DNA of 63,514 bases, the filler included, from Folioceros fuciformis (lineage: Eukaryota), in the NCBI GenBank assembly GCA_049999805.1. It is 12 parts of 12 records of this genome, joined end to end, with 100 filler letters (N's around TTAATTAATTAA, not from the genome) between each part and the next. Parts side by side here need not be neighbours in the genome. Positions count along the whole stretch, not along the records: positions 1 to 4,686 come from JBNGIO010003479.1; positions 4,787 to 6,358 come from JBNGIO010003480.1; positions 6,459 to 16,461 come from JBNGIO010003481.1; 9 more parts are not named here. The stretch is one strand, 5' to 3'. The position numbers were made by a program, and so were the translations under genes. Shown in pieces: positions 1-13,095 of this stretch. The notes below the pieces were generated by a model, which was given only the letters and a program-made list of their open reading frames with translations, did no database searches and was not told where the DNA came from. Each line of letters opens with the position of its first letter. Position 1 is the stretch's first letter.

Positions 1-203
1 GTCAAGAGTCTGTAAGGACACGGAGCATGAGACAATCTGGTTCACGCAAGGCAGCGTGATTCCGCACCAGATTGCTCTTAGGAAGAAGAGACTTAAGGTC
101 TTGTGAGTAAAACTCTAGTCAGAAGCAGTCTGGTTCTTTCAGACATTTATCAGGTGTGAGTACTCAAGAAAGGATTGAGTGTCAACCTTGAGTGGTGGCA
201 AGA

Positions 204-3200
204 ATGGCCAGTGACAGTATTAACCAGATCGTACAGGAGAAGCTGGACAAAAACAACTTCCATGCCTGGAAGTTTCGTTTTACAAACTTTCTTATGGGAA
301 AGGGTTATTGGGACTACATTGAGGGGGAGCATGAAAAACCCCCTGTAGTACTTGAACGGAATGCAACAGCGGAGCAGATTAAGGCGCTGAAGGATTGGAG
401 TCAAGGATCTCGGAAGGTCATGTATTGGCTGTCAATCAGCATTCATGACACCATGATTGGGCACATACAGGATGCAGAGTCGCCCAAAGAAGCATGGGAT
501 GAGTTGGTAAAACTCTATGAGACTAACACGAAGGCGAGAAAACTGCAGTTGAAGAATGACTTCAACACAGTTATGAAGAAGAACTTATCAATCAATGAGT
601 ACGCGTTAAAGATCAAAGGGACAGTGGAGTCCCTTGCGTCCATTGGTGTCAGTGTGGAAGATGATGACAAGGTCGAAGTTTGCTTGCGCGGGTTAACACC
701 TGCCTACAAGCAGTTCAAGACTTCCATACAGACTCGGGAAAACATTCCCAATTTCTCAGACCTGATTTCTATGTTGATCATAGAGGAGAAAAACCTAGGC
801 GAGGAATCATCCTCTAAGCCTAAGGAAAACTCTGAGCAGGCCTTCTACTCTGGCAGAGGCAGAGGTAGAGCCCAAGGTGGCAGAGGGCAAAGAGGTGGTA
901 GAGGTCGGAATCCCTACCAAAATCAACAACAGAATCAGGAGTCCCAGTACAAGAGTACACTGGAAGAGGAGAAAATTCTCGAGGCTGGGGGAGTCAAAGA
1001 GGACGTGGAAATCAACAACAAAATGATGCAAATGCAGACAATAGTGGTTGCTNNNNNNNNNNNNNNNNNNNNNNNNNNNNNNNNNNNNNNNNNNNNNNNN
1101 NNNNNNNNNNNNNNNNNNNNNNNNNNNNNNNNNNNNNNNNNNNNNNNNNNNNTGGAAATCAACAACAAAATGATGCAAATGCAGACAATAGTGGTTGCTG
1201 GAATTGTGGTAGGTTAGACTACTTCGAAAGAGACTGTCCAAGGAGAAATCAAGGCAACAGGAGGCAGCAGAACAATTATGCCTCTAGCAGCAGTCAGAAT
1301 GACTTAGAAAACTTGTTTGTCATGCAGCATATGCTTAACTCTATGTCTGCTAATGGATCCAACAATGGTGAGATTGTGTGGTATGTGGACTCAGGAGCTT
1401 CGAACCACATGACATGCCATGGGGAGTGGTTCAAAGAAATGCAAGTGCTTGACAAACCTGGATATGTAGAAACTGGAGATGACACAACACATGCAATTGT
1501 GCATACAGGAACTGTACCTCTGAAGATGCAGGATGGCAAAGTGAAGTGCCTGGTAGATGTTCTTCACGTACCCAACATCACAAAGAACTTGGTGTCAGTT
1601 GGGCAGATGGTTGAGCAAGGACTGCAGGTTAGATTTACACCTGCAGGACTCTTTGTTGAAGAGTGCAAGAAAGGCGGTCGCCTGATTGCTCAAGGACAGA
1701 AGGTTGGACGGATGTTCACCTTGAACGTGGAGGTTCCTAAGCTGAAGTCAGCCATGTTTGCGAAGGGTACAAGGGTAGTGAAAGACCTAGAGATGTGGCA
1801 CAAACGCATTGGACATGTAAATGTGCAGAAGTTGAAGTCCATGCAGCATCAGAAGGTTGTCACAGGCATACCCAAGCTTACAGAAAATGGACTGCAAGGT
1901 ATATGTGAAGCATGTCAACTTGGGAAACAGCCTAGGAATGCGTTCCCCCATGACAAACATGTCAGCAGATATGTGTTGGATGTTGTGCATTCAGATGTAT
2001 GGGGTCCTACACAGACTGCATCAATCGGAGGCTGCAAGTACTATGTGACCTTCATTGACGACCACACAAGGAAGGTGTGGGTCTATTTCATGAAAAAAAA
2101 AAAGTGAATTGTTCACTCATTTTCATACTTTCAAGGCGATGGTTGAGAAGCAGATAGGTAGGCACATCAAATGCCTAAGATCTGATGGAGGGGGAGAGTA
2201 CTTCTCCAGAGAGTTCAGCAAATTCTTATCAAAACAGGGCATTCAACGGCAGTACTCATGTCGTTATACGCCACAACAAAATGGAGTTGCAGAGCGCAAG
2301 AACAGGCACATAGCAGAAGTGGCGAGAGCATTAATGACAGAGAAGAAGATGCCTCACTACTATTGGGCTGAAGTTGTAAGCACAGCAGTGTACATCATGA
2401 ACAGAACTCCCATAGCAGCGGTGCACAGTGTAACACCGGAGGAGAAGTTCACAGGGAAGAAACCTGACTTGTCACACTTAAAGGTATTTGGTTGCATTGC
2501 TTATGTCCATATTCCGGATGAGTTGCGGACTAAGCTTGATCCAAAAGCAGAAAAGTGTGTCTTCATTGGGTATTCTGTTACACAGAAAGGATACAGGTGC
2601 TACAATCCCTCGAGTCCTACGAGCTCCACAGCTGTGTCTCGCAAAGGGAAGGAAAAAGTCCAGGATTCAAAGATACCAGACCTAAGTGCAGGTGCGGATG
2701 ATTCAAGCGACTCTCAGCAAAGCTTGGATGAGGAATTCGGTGTACCGAAAATCGAAACACCTGGTGCAAAAGAGGTTCAATCAGCCCCTGGAAGTGGTTC
2801 AATCCCACGGAGATCTGGAAGGTAGAAGGTTCCAATACAGCGGTTGACCTATGATAGCTATGTAGCTAGGCACCATGCCTATATGGCAAAGGTTGTACAG
2901 GATGTGGAACCAAGAAGCTTTGAAGAAGCTATTGGAGACACAAAGTGGGAACATGCTATGGATGAAGAAATGAATGCGTTAAATCAGAATGCAACATGGG
3001 ACTTAGTACAACTACCTGAAGGCAAGAAACCAATAGGTTGCAAATGGGTGTACAAGGTCAAACACAACGCAGATGGTAGTATCAACAGGTACAAGGCAAG
3101 GCTTGTGGCCAAGGGATATGCCCAGACATATGGAATAGATTTTGAGGAGACGTTCAGTCCAGTTGCCAAAATGGCAACAATTCGAACCGTGATCGCACTA

Positions 3201-4436
3201 GCGGCATCGAAAGGTTGGGTCCTACATTATATGGATGTGAAGAATGCGTTTTTACATGGAGAATTGCTGGAAGAAGTATACATGGACCAGCCACCAGGAT
3301 ATGAGGATTTGGATCATCCAAATCATGTGTGCAAGCTGAAAAAAACGTTGTACGGACTGAAGCAAGCCCCGAGGGCTTGGCATGAGCGTCTTGCTCAGCA
3401 TCTGATTCACATCGGATTCAACATGGCAGATGCGGATCATTCGTTGTATGTGTGCAAAAGTACAAAACGACTAGTCTTTGTGACCATTTATGTGGATGAT
3501 CTAATCATTGGAGGTAATCAGTTGGATCAAGTGGAGCAGATCAAGGAACTTCTACAACAAGAGTTCAAGATGGCGGACCTAGGTGAACTGAGGTTCTTTT
3601 TGGGCATTGAAATTATACGAACCAACACAGGCATTTGGCTGTCACAGCGGAAGTATGCGTCGGATGTACTAACTAAGTATGGTATGGTTGAGTGCAAGCC
3701 AATCTCGATTCCTTTGGATCAAAATCTAAAGCTCAGTGCTCATGATGGTGAAGCACTTGAAGATCCAACAATGTACAGGAAGATTGTGGGTAGCTTGATA
3801 TATCTCACTCTATCCCGACCAGATTTGAACTATACAGTGGGATTGCAAAGTCAGTTTATGCAGGCGCCAAGAAAGCCACATTTGGATGCAGTAAGGCGAA
3901 CGTTGCGCTATGTGAAGGCAACTATGGATCATGCTCTCTTTTATGTTGCAGATTTAGAAATAAACCTGTGTGGGTACACAGATGCAGATTGGGCAGACAG
4001 TGTTACTGATCGTAGATCTACAAGTGGATTCATTTTTTCACTTGGGAGTGCAGCAATTACATGGAGTAGCAAGAAGCAGCCTACAGTGGCTTTGTCTAGT
4101 ACAGAAGCTGAATACAGAGGCGTAGCAATGGCAGCGTGTGAAGTGACTTGGATTTGTAAGTTACTCGGAGATTTTGGATTGCAGGTCAACGACATGGTTG
4201 TTATCTACTGTGACAATCTTAGCAGCATACAATTGGCGCGAAACCCAGTGTTTCATGCCAGGACAAAACACATTGAAATACATTATCATTTTCTTCGCGA
4301 AAGGATTTTATCTGGAGCTATTGATCTTGTGTATGTCAACACAGACGAGCAGATAGCCGATATATTTACTAAGCCAATGGGAGCAAAGAAGCTGAAGAAA
4401 TTCCGAGCTATGTTAGGCGTACAGATGCTATGTTGA
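204..4436 (+). pseudogene. copia gag-pol polyprotein, disrupted
   Basis: gag (KLDKNNFHAWKF), zinc knuckle CWNCGRLDYFERDC, protease WYVDSGASNHM, integrase HSDVWGP / RSDGGGEY / QQNGVAERKNR, RT YKARLVAKG / YVDDLII, RNaseH TKHIEIHYHF / ADIFTK. Frameshifts near 945 and at the A-run 2093-2103, stop TAG at 2823, and the expected RDVVFDE segment after GYRCYNP (~2610) is missing. Confidence 0.93.
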
Positions 4437-4449
4437 GCTCGAGGGGGAG

Positions 4450-4659
4450 TGTTGAGTTATCGAGCTCTATATGAGCTAAACTTATGTGGTGTTAGTTATC
4501 CCAGTTGGGTTCATACTAGACTAGTTCTAGTTATTAGTGAACTTAGGATAGTGTAGATTATCCCATATTGAACCTGGAAGTTGTGTAGCCCTAAATGTAC
4601 TACTTAAATGGAGACCTCGGACCTCCATAGTAAGACAGTGGTGATGTGTATTGTTTTCA
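4450..4659 (+). repeat. 3' LTR of the copia element (~210 bp; right end approximate)
   Basis: starts TGTTG right after the PPT; candidate end TTTTCA at 4659. Confidence 0.7.
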
Positions 4660-4686
4660 TGGTTGTGATCACCAATACCACCCTCT

Positions 4687-4786
4687 NNNNNNNNNNNNNN
4701 NNNNNNNNNNNNNNNNNNNNNNNNNNNNNNTTAATTAATTAANNNNNNNNNNNNNNNNNNNNNNNNNNNNNNNNNNNNNNNNNNNN
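4687..4786. other. artificial contig linker; the same linker occurs at 6359, 16462, 20658, 27301, 30184, 31674, 36265, 43121, 44911 and 55639
   Basis: 100-nt block of Ns with a central TTAATTAATTAA (stops in all six frames), seen 11 times. Confidence 0.97.
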
Positions 4787-5394
4787 CACCAGCCCATCAC
4801 GGCGATCCGACGCCGGTTGCTTGCCAGCCAGCCTGCTGCCGTCTTGGCTTCCTGGTTCCGCTTGCTTAGCTGGCTAGTGCTAGGATCTGCCTTCCTGGAT
4901 CCAATCAACCCCCGCCTTCATTCACCTGCCAACCCGGCTGCTTCGGCCATGATTCAACCAGCGCCAGCCCGCCGCCAGCCTACCTGGTTCTACTCCTTCT
5001 CATCCGCAACCGGCCGATGGCGGCGCGTACCTGCAGCCTGGATCCCAGCCAGCTTTATGGTCACCATCAGCCTCCACATGTGCTATGGGTTGGAGACATC
5101 CGATCGAAGGAGGCTTGATTTTGAATGTTGTCCCCTCGTCATAAGAGGACCAGGAAGATCCTTGGGGTGGTCGAGAGCTGTGTGACTAGCTCCGCGATTG
5201 GTGTGGCTAGTGGAAGAGGTGCTCTACACCTGTGAGGGAGTGGAATTTCTGCAGAAGGTTAGGGTGGGAACGCGAGTTTCATGAAACCCCTAGAAAGCCG
5301 AGAGGGAGCACGTGTTTGGCGAAACTCTTGAGAGCCGTCCAGCTGCGATTTTTCCCTTCCTCACTCCGCTGTCTAACCAGGCCGTGTTTAAATC

Positions 5395-5580
5395 TCTGTG
5401 AGGAGTCTGTGTGGCTCAAGGAGGAGTCTGCGTGGCTCAAGGAGAGGTCTATGTGGCCTAAGGAGAGGCCTATGTGTCCTAAGGAGAGGCCTATGTGGCC
5501 TAAGGAGAGGCCTATGTGGCCTAANNNNNNNNNNAGAGGCCTATGTGGCCTAAGGAGAGGCCTATGTGGCCTAAGGAGAG
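5395..5580 (+). repeat. 21-bp minisatellite (CCTATGTGGCCTAAGGAGAGG) lying between two ~150-bp direct repeats (5245-5385, 5646-5785)
   Basis: direct reading of the repeat units; the collapsed array contains a short N gap. Confidence 0.85.
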
Positions 5581-6150
5581 GATTGTGTGTCCCAAGGTTT
5601 GGGGTAGCTAGTGGAGAAGGGTGTTGTGCACCGGGAGAAAGAGGGATTTCTGCAGAAGGTCAGGGTGGGAGCATGAGTTTCACAAAACCCCTGGAAAGCC
5701 GAGAGGGAGCATGAGTTTCGCGAAACTCTTGTGAGCCGTCCGACTGTTATTTTTCCCGTTCTCACCCAGCTGCCTAACCGGACCATGTTTTATCTTGAGA
5801 AGGGGTTTGTGTGGCCTATGAGGCGACTATGTGTCCCAAGGAGGAGGATTGAGTGAAGATTTTATGCAGGTGAAGTATGAGTGTCTGAAATTGTGAAGTG
5901 CTGAGGAAGATTGGTGACAGATGGATGGAAAACAGCGGAGGAGGCGCTAGATGAGTTTGGGGTTTCGATTCGACATGTGAGACTAATGCTTTCTTGGCTA
6001 CAAGAAGGGATGGCAGAGCAGGTGAAGCAAGTGCTACTACAGCAAGCCTAGGTGGGCAGCAATATGTGGTGGGTGTACCCCATGGAAGATAAGTCATGTG
6101 GTTCCGACCAGGGGGTGGATGTACCCCTACCAAACTTTCACAGAGCGGTG

Positions 6151-6358
6151 TGTGAACCTCCAAAGTTTGGGGTAGTAGTTTGTTTTAGTTGGAAAAGGGT
6201 TAATAGTGGTATGGTTTGGTTTTCTTTTTCTACTTATTTTTCCTAATTTTCCTTGATTTTCTGGTCATTTTTCCTATTTTTCTTTGTGCTAATTAGGTTA
6301 ATTGACCAGGAAATAGTTGGTTTGGTTATAAGAGTGGGTATAGGTTTGGTCCCAGACC
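6151..6358 (-). repeat. dispersed ~210-bp repeat; inverted copy at 16725-16931
   Basis: reverse complement matches GGTCTGGGACCAAACCTATACCCACTCTTATAACC...CAAACTTTGGAGGTTCACA with few differences. Confidence 0.9.
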
Positions 6359-6458
6359 NNNNNNNNNNNNNNNNNNNNNNNNNNNNNNNNNNNNNNNNNN
6401 NNTTAATTAATTAANNNNNNNNNNNNNNNNNNNNNNNNNNNNNNNNNNNNNNNNNNNN

Positions 6459-7492
6459 CTTCAAGCCAACTAAAACATGTCAAGTTGTTCGAAAAATATT
6501 TATCAAACTTAAGACTTGTCTGTGAGCAACTCTCAAAGCCTCTTAAACTTCATCAAAGAACTAAATTTCAATCACTTGAAAATTTTATGGAACAACAAAG
6601 AAAGCTTCTTTATGGAGAAGAGATTCGAATTTTCTACAACACACCTAAAATCTTGCACTGTGTGATCAAAGAATTAGTTCAAAGGGCAAGCCAATGTAAG
6701 AAAAACAGAGAGAAATTAGCACGAGCTTTCCTCCATGAACTTGAATATGAGGTTGGAAGTGAAGTAAACCCTCTTCTTGAGGAAGATATAGCTCTAATCC
6801 ATAGAACCAAATGTGGGATGAATAATGGTGATTACAGTGGTTTGCAACATCTTGAGATACATAATCTTCTACGATTAATCCTTGACTGGATCTCTTTGCT
6901 AAGACAACCGATTGTTCCTGACTGGATCCTTACTATTGCGTTAAGTAGAGGAGAGATATTAAGCTCCATTGCTGAGCTTCATAAGTGCACTAAATGTGCA
7001 TTCGCAACCTTTCAAATTTTGGCTTGTTGGATGTATCAAATTGTGCCTAGTAAAGCACGTCTTACTCGGCGTCTCTATGGAGGACTTGCCCATATCCTTT
7101 TAAGGCATACAAGGCTACATAATGTGCTAGAAACCAAGGCCATTCCTGTCATTCAAAAACGACCTTCTAAAATGAAAGAGAGGTTTTCCATTATATCAAA
7201 GGTAACACAAGGTATCACTAGGTTCAAACCAACCATCCTAGAAGTAGAATATGGTCTCTTACTTGAGGCAACAGCTCGCCATTGGTGCAAGTTGGCTACA
7301 TCAAGCTTACCAAGTTCTAAAGCAAGCACAAGCGAACTAGTTGCATTATCATCAGCCACAACCATAAACACTTCCAATGATGGTCCCAAAATTTACTTAT
7401 CAAAAACTCTTAATGTATCGTACATTACCTACGTAAAACCTTTGTTGTTAAATCGCCCTAGCTTAGACGTTGGACCATTATTAAAAGCCTAG
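6459..7492 (+). CDS. PTPDC1: PTPDC1-like protein tyrosine phosphatase domain-containing protein, C-terminal part (5' end lost in the gap)
   Basis: frame is open back to the gap: SSQLKHVKLFEKYL...FMEQQRKLLYGEEIRIFYNTPKILHCVIKEL resembles the post-catalytic PTPDC1 motif Q-x-x-LLHG-x-E-x-R-x4-PK-x2-H, followed by a helical LLxLILDWxxxLxxP region. The catalytic CX5R motif is not visible. Confidence 0.7.
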
Positions 7493-10400
7493 ATGAACAT
7501 CCCTCTATGGTTGATAAGAAGAGCTCTATATGGCTGTAGTGCTATGGAGCTAAGATGTCTTTGGATGTATTTTAATCAAACTGCAAGTAATTATAGGTAT
7601 TTAATACCAAAGCGTAATTTAAAGACATTTAAAGTATGTACCTTGTTGTACTAAATGAATAGTACATATCATGCATGTTGAAGCAAATGGCTTCACTTAT
7701 TCCCGCTATGCTTTTGGGTACACTGACAACACCCTCTAACCTCTCAACTTCACAATAGCCCCGACAACATCTATCAATTGATATTTTGTTGCTACCATAT
7801 TTCCGACAGCGACTGACATCCAAGGCAGCCGTTGAGAGAATTTAGTGCACACGATTGGATACCATGTATGTACTACTCTGCTGCTTTGCTCTGCTCTATT
7901 CTGTCGCCACCCATTGCACCGGTCAATGTTTGATGTTGGTTTCACGACTCTCTTTTATGTTCGTCCTTTGGTTTTTGAACTTGTTTCTCACATCTTCGAG
8001 TCAAGTCTCTATCAGTTTTTGAACTCCATATGAGAGGTCACATCTTTGAGAATGGAGAGATGGAGTGAACGCACTTTACTTGTTTTGGTCCTTTGGTTTC
8101 TGACGTATTTATGTTTGTCCTTTCTTATTTTGCTATATGAATTCAGGCACAGCATTCGCATACTTGTCCTACTGATTTCGGTGCAAGAGCTCTTTCATTT
8201 TCGCAAGGACGAGTCTTTAGTAAGCACTCACTTTTGAGAGCTTTCGGGGGAGAGGTTTGAAAGTTGCTCATGTCCTCCCGAGAGCGCGGGAAGAGGAAGG
8301 ATGGTTTATTTTGCATGGGAGAAAAGAAGAGAAGGGACAATGGTCTTACGTAAGGAAGTTGAGGTGTATTAGGTCTTGTTTTCTTTGATTAAGTGGTGGA
8401 GGGTTGCATCAAGGAGCTGAAATGTAGAAGGGAATACGCGCGTCGGGACGCATCAACGTAGCGAAGATGCTGAGAGGAGGTGGCTGTAGCTGAAGCTCCG
8501 AGGCGGAGGTGGATCCATGCTGGGCGTGTAGGCCGGACTGAGAGAGACGGGGGGAATTGCTGTTGTTGTGGGTTGGAGGGAGGGAGGGCAATGTCCCAAA
8601 TTCCAAAGCCAGAGAGGTTACAACTTCCGGGAGACGAGTAGATTCCGTTAAACGCGTCCACGCTCCACAGCCTGGAGGGAGAGCAGGACAGGAGCAGTGT
8701 GAGAGTGTGGGGGCGTGAGTGTGAGAGAGAGGAGCGACTGGAGTCCAGTTGCGCTAGTCACGCAGTGAGAGCAGGCTCCACGTTGTTCAGTCCCCACCCT
8801 CTTTTCTCTCTTTTCCCAAAGCTGGTCTGCTGCTACTGCTTGCGGCCAACAGCTTCTTCCCTCTCCCTTCCCAGAGAAAGCTAAGCCCAGTGCCCAGTCC
8901 TCGAGCGCCTCGTGGACGGAGCCCTCTCCTGCTGCAGACACTCTGGGCTGTGCGCGGACGGGACGGGTTGGGTCGGGTCGGGTCGGGTCAGGTGCGTGAC
9001 CTCGGTTACCTTGCTGGTATTGCTATTGTTGCTGCTGCTGCCGCTTTCACACCGCCTCACCCCTGCTGCTTGCTTCCGCTTCGTACTTGTGGCCTACCAC
9101 TTACCACTTACCACTTCACTGCTTGCCTGGCTTTGGTCTCTGCCTCCTCCCCGGAGTCTAATCGGGTAGCTCCGCAGAGCAAATCAGGCAGACCCACCGC
9201 CTGTTTGTCCCTGCTCCAGCATCCANNNNNNNNNNNNNNNNNNNNNNNNNNNNNNNNNNNNNNNNNNNNNNNNNNNNNNNNNNNNNNNNNNNNNNNNNNN
9301 NNNNNNNNNNNNNNNNNNNNNNNNNGCTCCTCGGAGCTGCCACTAATTTGGAGTCCGGGGGAGAGGCGTAGGCGGGAGATCCCACATTTGTGGTGGCTGG
9401 AGAGGCCTCTGCCCGTCAGCTCGCTTCATCTCGTCTCGCCTCGCCTCGCTTCTTGCTGGTATCACCACCTTCAACTACCCTGGCCTGCCCCGCTTCTTGG
9501 CCCGATCCCGGATCCGATCGCTAATTGGCACCCGCTCTCCTTGCCGCTGAAATTCATGGCTCCGCGTCTTCGCTCCAATTTCCTCCTGCCTCCGCGTATG
9601 AGCACCCCCTAGATCTCTCTCCGCCAGACTCTGCCTCTGCCACTGCCACTGCCACTGCCCGCTCTTTCCTCTTCTTGGCCTGGCTTGCCTTGTCTGGTCT
9701 ACCTTTGCATGGTTGGCGTGCGGGTTTTGGCTGCACCCGGGATTGCGATTATCGTGCACGATTGCTGTTAGCGGACTGGACAGACTTTTGTTTTCACAAA
9801 TCTTTATGCTCATCCCCTCTGTTTCCTTCTGGCTCGCATACTCAGTACCTCTTTGCCTGTGCCTGTGAGTGTCTTGTCTCTATCACGTTTGCAGCTTCTT
9901 GTTCTCCTTCACTCCCCCTGTCCTGTGTGGTGGGTTCCGGTGAAGGCTCATCCACCGCATGCCTTGCAAGCTTCCAGGCCTGGCCTGGCCTGGACACCAG
10001 CGTAGGGTTTGAGCGCCTTCTTGGAGCGGACTAGCCTGAGTGGCATGGAAATTTTTTTTGGGCTGTGCTGCGGTATTTTTAGTTGCTGGGGAAAGCTGTT
10101 CAAAGCGGACGGGGAAGCGGGGCAAGGGCTTTTGTGCTCCCACATTTTTGTGAAAGAATTGGATTGTCACAGGCCTGCGCTTGTCAATCCTTTGTGACTG
10201 TGACTGCACTCCGCTCACTGCCGCCTACGGATTCCAACTCCTGCTCTTCAGATTGGACGCGCCCACTTCTGTCCAGCCCAGCGCGGTGATGCTGCTGCTG
10301 CTCTTTCTTGCTGCCTCCGGAAGGCTCTTGAATTCGGTCCGGCCGAGCCAGTCGGGTTCTTGACAGGATTTGGGCTTTCCGGAATAGATAGCCGCGCAGC

Positions 10401-11227
10401 AGAGCAGAATTTGGGTCGGGCGGGGCGTCGAATGCTTGTACACAGCGCAAGTGTACAGGCCAGGTCTGCGGCTTGTGTCGGGGACTGCCCCGGCACCTCA
10501 GAGCATGAGAGATCCCTGGGCAACCATGTGGCTGCGGGCTTGAGCGAGCGGCAAGAACTGGAATCTGCGTGGTGCGTTGCCACCGGATGTTCCCCCCGCT
10601 GCCAGGGCCCTGGCTCCATCCGCTGCGAATTGCTACTGGCTACAAGCGCCGGAGACGATGTTGGTTCGCCTCCTTCGCAATCTGAACTCGGGCGCTTTGC
10701 AGATAAGATTTTGGAACTTCCCGCACGTGCTGCAAGTTCCCTAGCTGTGGGTTGTCTCCTGTCGTCGCCTCCTCTGCCTCTGCTGGAGTATTCTTGTTAC
10801 CAAGGCAGGCAGGGGATTTAGTAGTCTTTTCTTCGCAGCCATACAGACATCACCACCACCGTAGTCGTCGTCGTCGTCGCTGTCTGCCACCAGCAGAAGC
10901 AGCCTGTGTGGGGCAGGCCAGGGGTTGTCTCAACTGCCACCAATGTTGTAAAGAATCGGGCAAGTAAGTCGAGTCCCTTGGGAGTGGTTCCAAGGGTTTC
11001 CCATCATCTGGTGGGTCGAAGCAACGGAAGGATTGGGCGTAGGGTTGGCTGGTGGGCGAGCCTCTCAGCGCTCTGGAGTTTCAAAAGAGCTGGACCTCCT
11101 CTTCTTCCAGGTGGGGGTGAATGGAGGAAAGGTCTGTAAAGTAGGCACAGTCTGCTACAGGCCACTGGCACAGGAACAGCCACAGGGAGGCCACAAAGCC
11201 TAGGAATGCTGGTGGCCTTCACCTGCT

Positions 11228-12327
11228 ATGGCTGAGTCTAGCCAGGCGCTGGTGCCAGTCCCAGGCCCCTTGGAGGAGTTGGCACCTCTGTCGGGCGAGG
11301 TGTCGGGAGGGGACAAGGGGCGAGAGTACCGCAAAGGTAACTGGACTCTCCAAGAAACCATGATACTCATATCGGCCAAGAAGCTGGACGACGAGCGCAG
11401 GCTCAAGGGAGGTGACAAGGAGAAGAGCAAGACCGCCGAATTTCGGTGGAAGTGGGTGGAAAACTACTGCTGGAAGCACGACTGTCAACGAAGCCAGAAC
11501 CAGTGCAACGACAAGTGGGACAACCTGCTCAGGGACTACAAGAAAGTGAGGGATCACGAATCCAAGCTGCTGCCGGGCCAAAAATCCTACTGGAACCTTG
11601 AGAAGCATGAAAGGAAGGAAAGGTCTCTCCCTTCGAACCTCTCCCCCCAGGTCTACGAGGCTCTGCACGACATCATCGACAAACGCCACAACACTCCCAA
11701 GCTCACGCATTCGGGTGGAACTGCCGGGACCACTTCCGTTCCCATGCAACCCCTTCCCCCACCGCCGGAGCACCAGCAACCCGCTTCTGGTGAGTTCCCT
11801 CACACTCCTCACTTCCGTTGTCCCTGGTGTGTCCTTTTCTGTTGATTTATCCTTTTCTCGTGTCCCAGCCATTGTTGGGGTTGTGAAGCTGAGCAGAGGG
11901 CATGTTCTGTACAGGAAACAACCGGGAATGTCTGCCTGCCTTGGAAGACGGGATTTCCCTGTTGCTGTCTCACATCAATGCTGTACCATGGCTTGCAGAT
12001 GGGGATGACAGCTCTGAGAATGATGAGAGTGGCGGAGTACAACCATCACCGGCCAAGAAGCGGAAGTATACCCCTTCTGCCGAGGGCATAGGCCCTGCCC
12101 TGTCCAAGAGCACCTTGGAGTTGTCCCAAACTCTGTTAGCCTGTGAGGAGATGAGGGAGAAACGGCACAACGACATCCTAGCGGTAAAACAGGAAAAAGT
12201 CCGTATCGCTCAAGAAAGGAAAGAGATCAAGCGGCAGGGCTTTACCGGGCTCATCGAGGCAATGAACAATCTTGCCCATGCCATTCGGGTACTGGCCTCT
12301 GAGAAGGCGGGCGCAGGTCATGGTTGA
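11228..12327 (+). CDS. trihelix transcription factor, ASR3/SH4 clade; exons 11228-11789 and 11999-12327 (~296 aa)
   Basis: REYRKGNWTLQETMILISAKK...RWKWVENYCW...QCNDKWDNLLRDYKKVRD Myb/SANT-like domain; phase-compatible GTGAGT...TTGCAG intron; C-terminal coiled coil. Confidence 0.92.
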
Positions 12328-13095
12328 GCAATCCCGACAAGCAGCAACCATCCAGCAGCAAGCACCCGGCAGCAGCAGCAAGGCCGATCCCAGCGCCCGC
12401 CCTTCCTTGCTATGCCCTGCCTAGCCATGCCCTGCCCAGCCGAGGCCACTTGCCCGAAGCCCATGTGGTCGATCCATTCTTTCAAATTGCTCACTAGGCG
12501 TGTGGTCTGCCGTCCATTGTTGGTTAGATTAAAGCCGCACGCTGCAGATTGTTGTCATCCCCGATCATCTTCTAGATTTTTTGTACAAGAACCCGTAGGT
12601 GACACGGCTCATCAATGAATCCCTTCCATTTTTTGTCCCTCGCAATGAGCTCCTTGGGCCATGCCCCATGTCGTTGCTTCAACGGACAATCCCTCCACGT
12701 ACCAATTCGGGGGTACATACCAGGCAAGCGTAGAGAAAATGTGAAGAATTGATCGGCTATGTCAGGTCGGTAATGTCTGTACCATCTTCACCTGGTGCAG
12801 GACAGCAAGAATTTTCCCATTCACGACAACGCATGTCAGAGCTTAGAAGCCCTCCTGGCTTCTATCTACTCTGTGATGTGCTGTCCTGCTCCTCGAACCG
12901 AGGAACTGCTTATCAGATTCGATGCGAAGCATTTTCGAGATCCTCACTCTAGGCACCTTGCCTCCGCTTCTCGTCACGAAAAAAATAATACTACTAAACA
13001 CTAACTTGGAACTTGGCCGCAACGAGGGCTTCTTTCTCGTCCCTTCCGTTCTGCGCATCAGATGTGAGGGTGTCGCACTTCCCGCTGCTACTCTC

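Larger units (their letters stand above)
1..4659 (+). mobile_element. Ty1/copia LTR retrotransposon, near full length, mildly decayed; 5' LTR/PBS lies upstream of the window
   Basis: gag-protease-integrase-RT-RNaseH order; PPT GAGGGGGAG at 4441-4449 followed by TGTTG... LTR start at 4450. Confidence 0.96.

Noticed and set aside
1006-1199. Direct repeats flanking N gaps (also 17138-17388 and 27779-27900)
   Set aside because: Most likely unmerged contig overlaps rather than real duplications
2090-2110. Programmed frameshift at the A-run in the copia integrase
   Set aside because: Copia pol is normally one frame here; a single extra A in a homopolymer is a mutation or sequencing error
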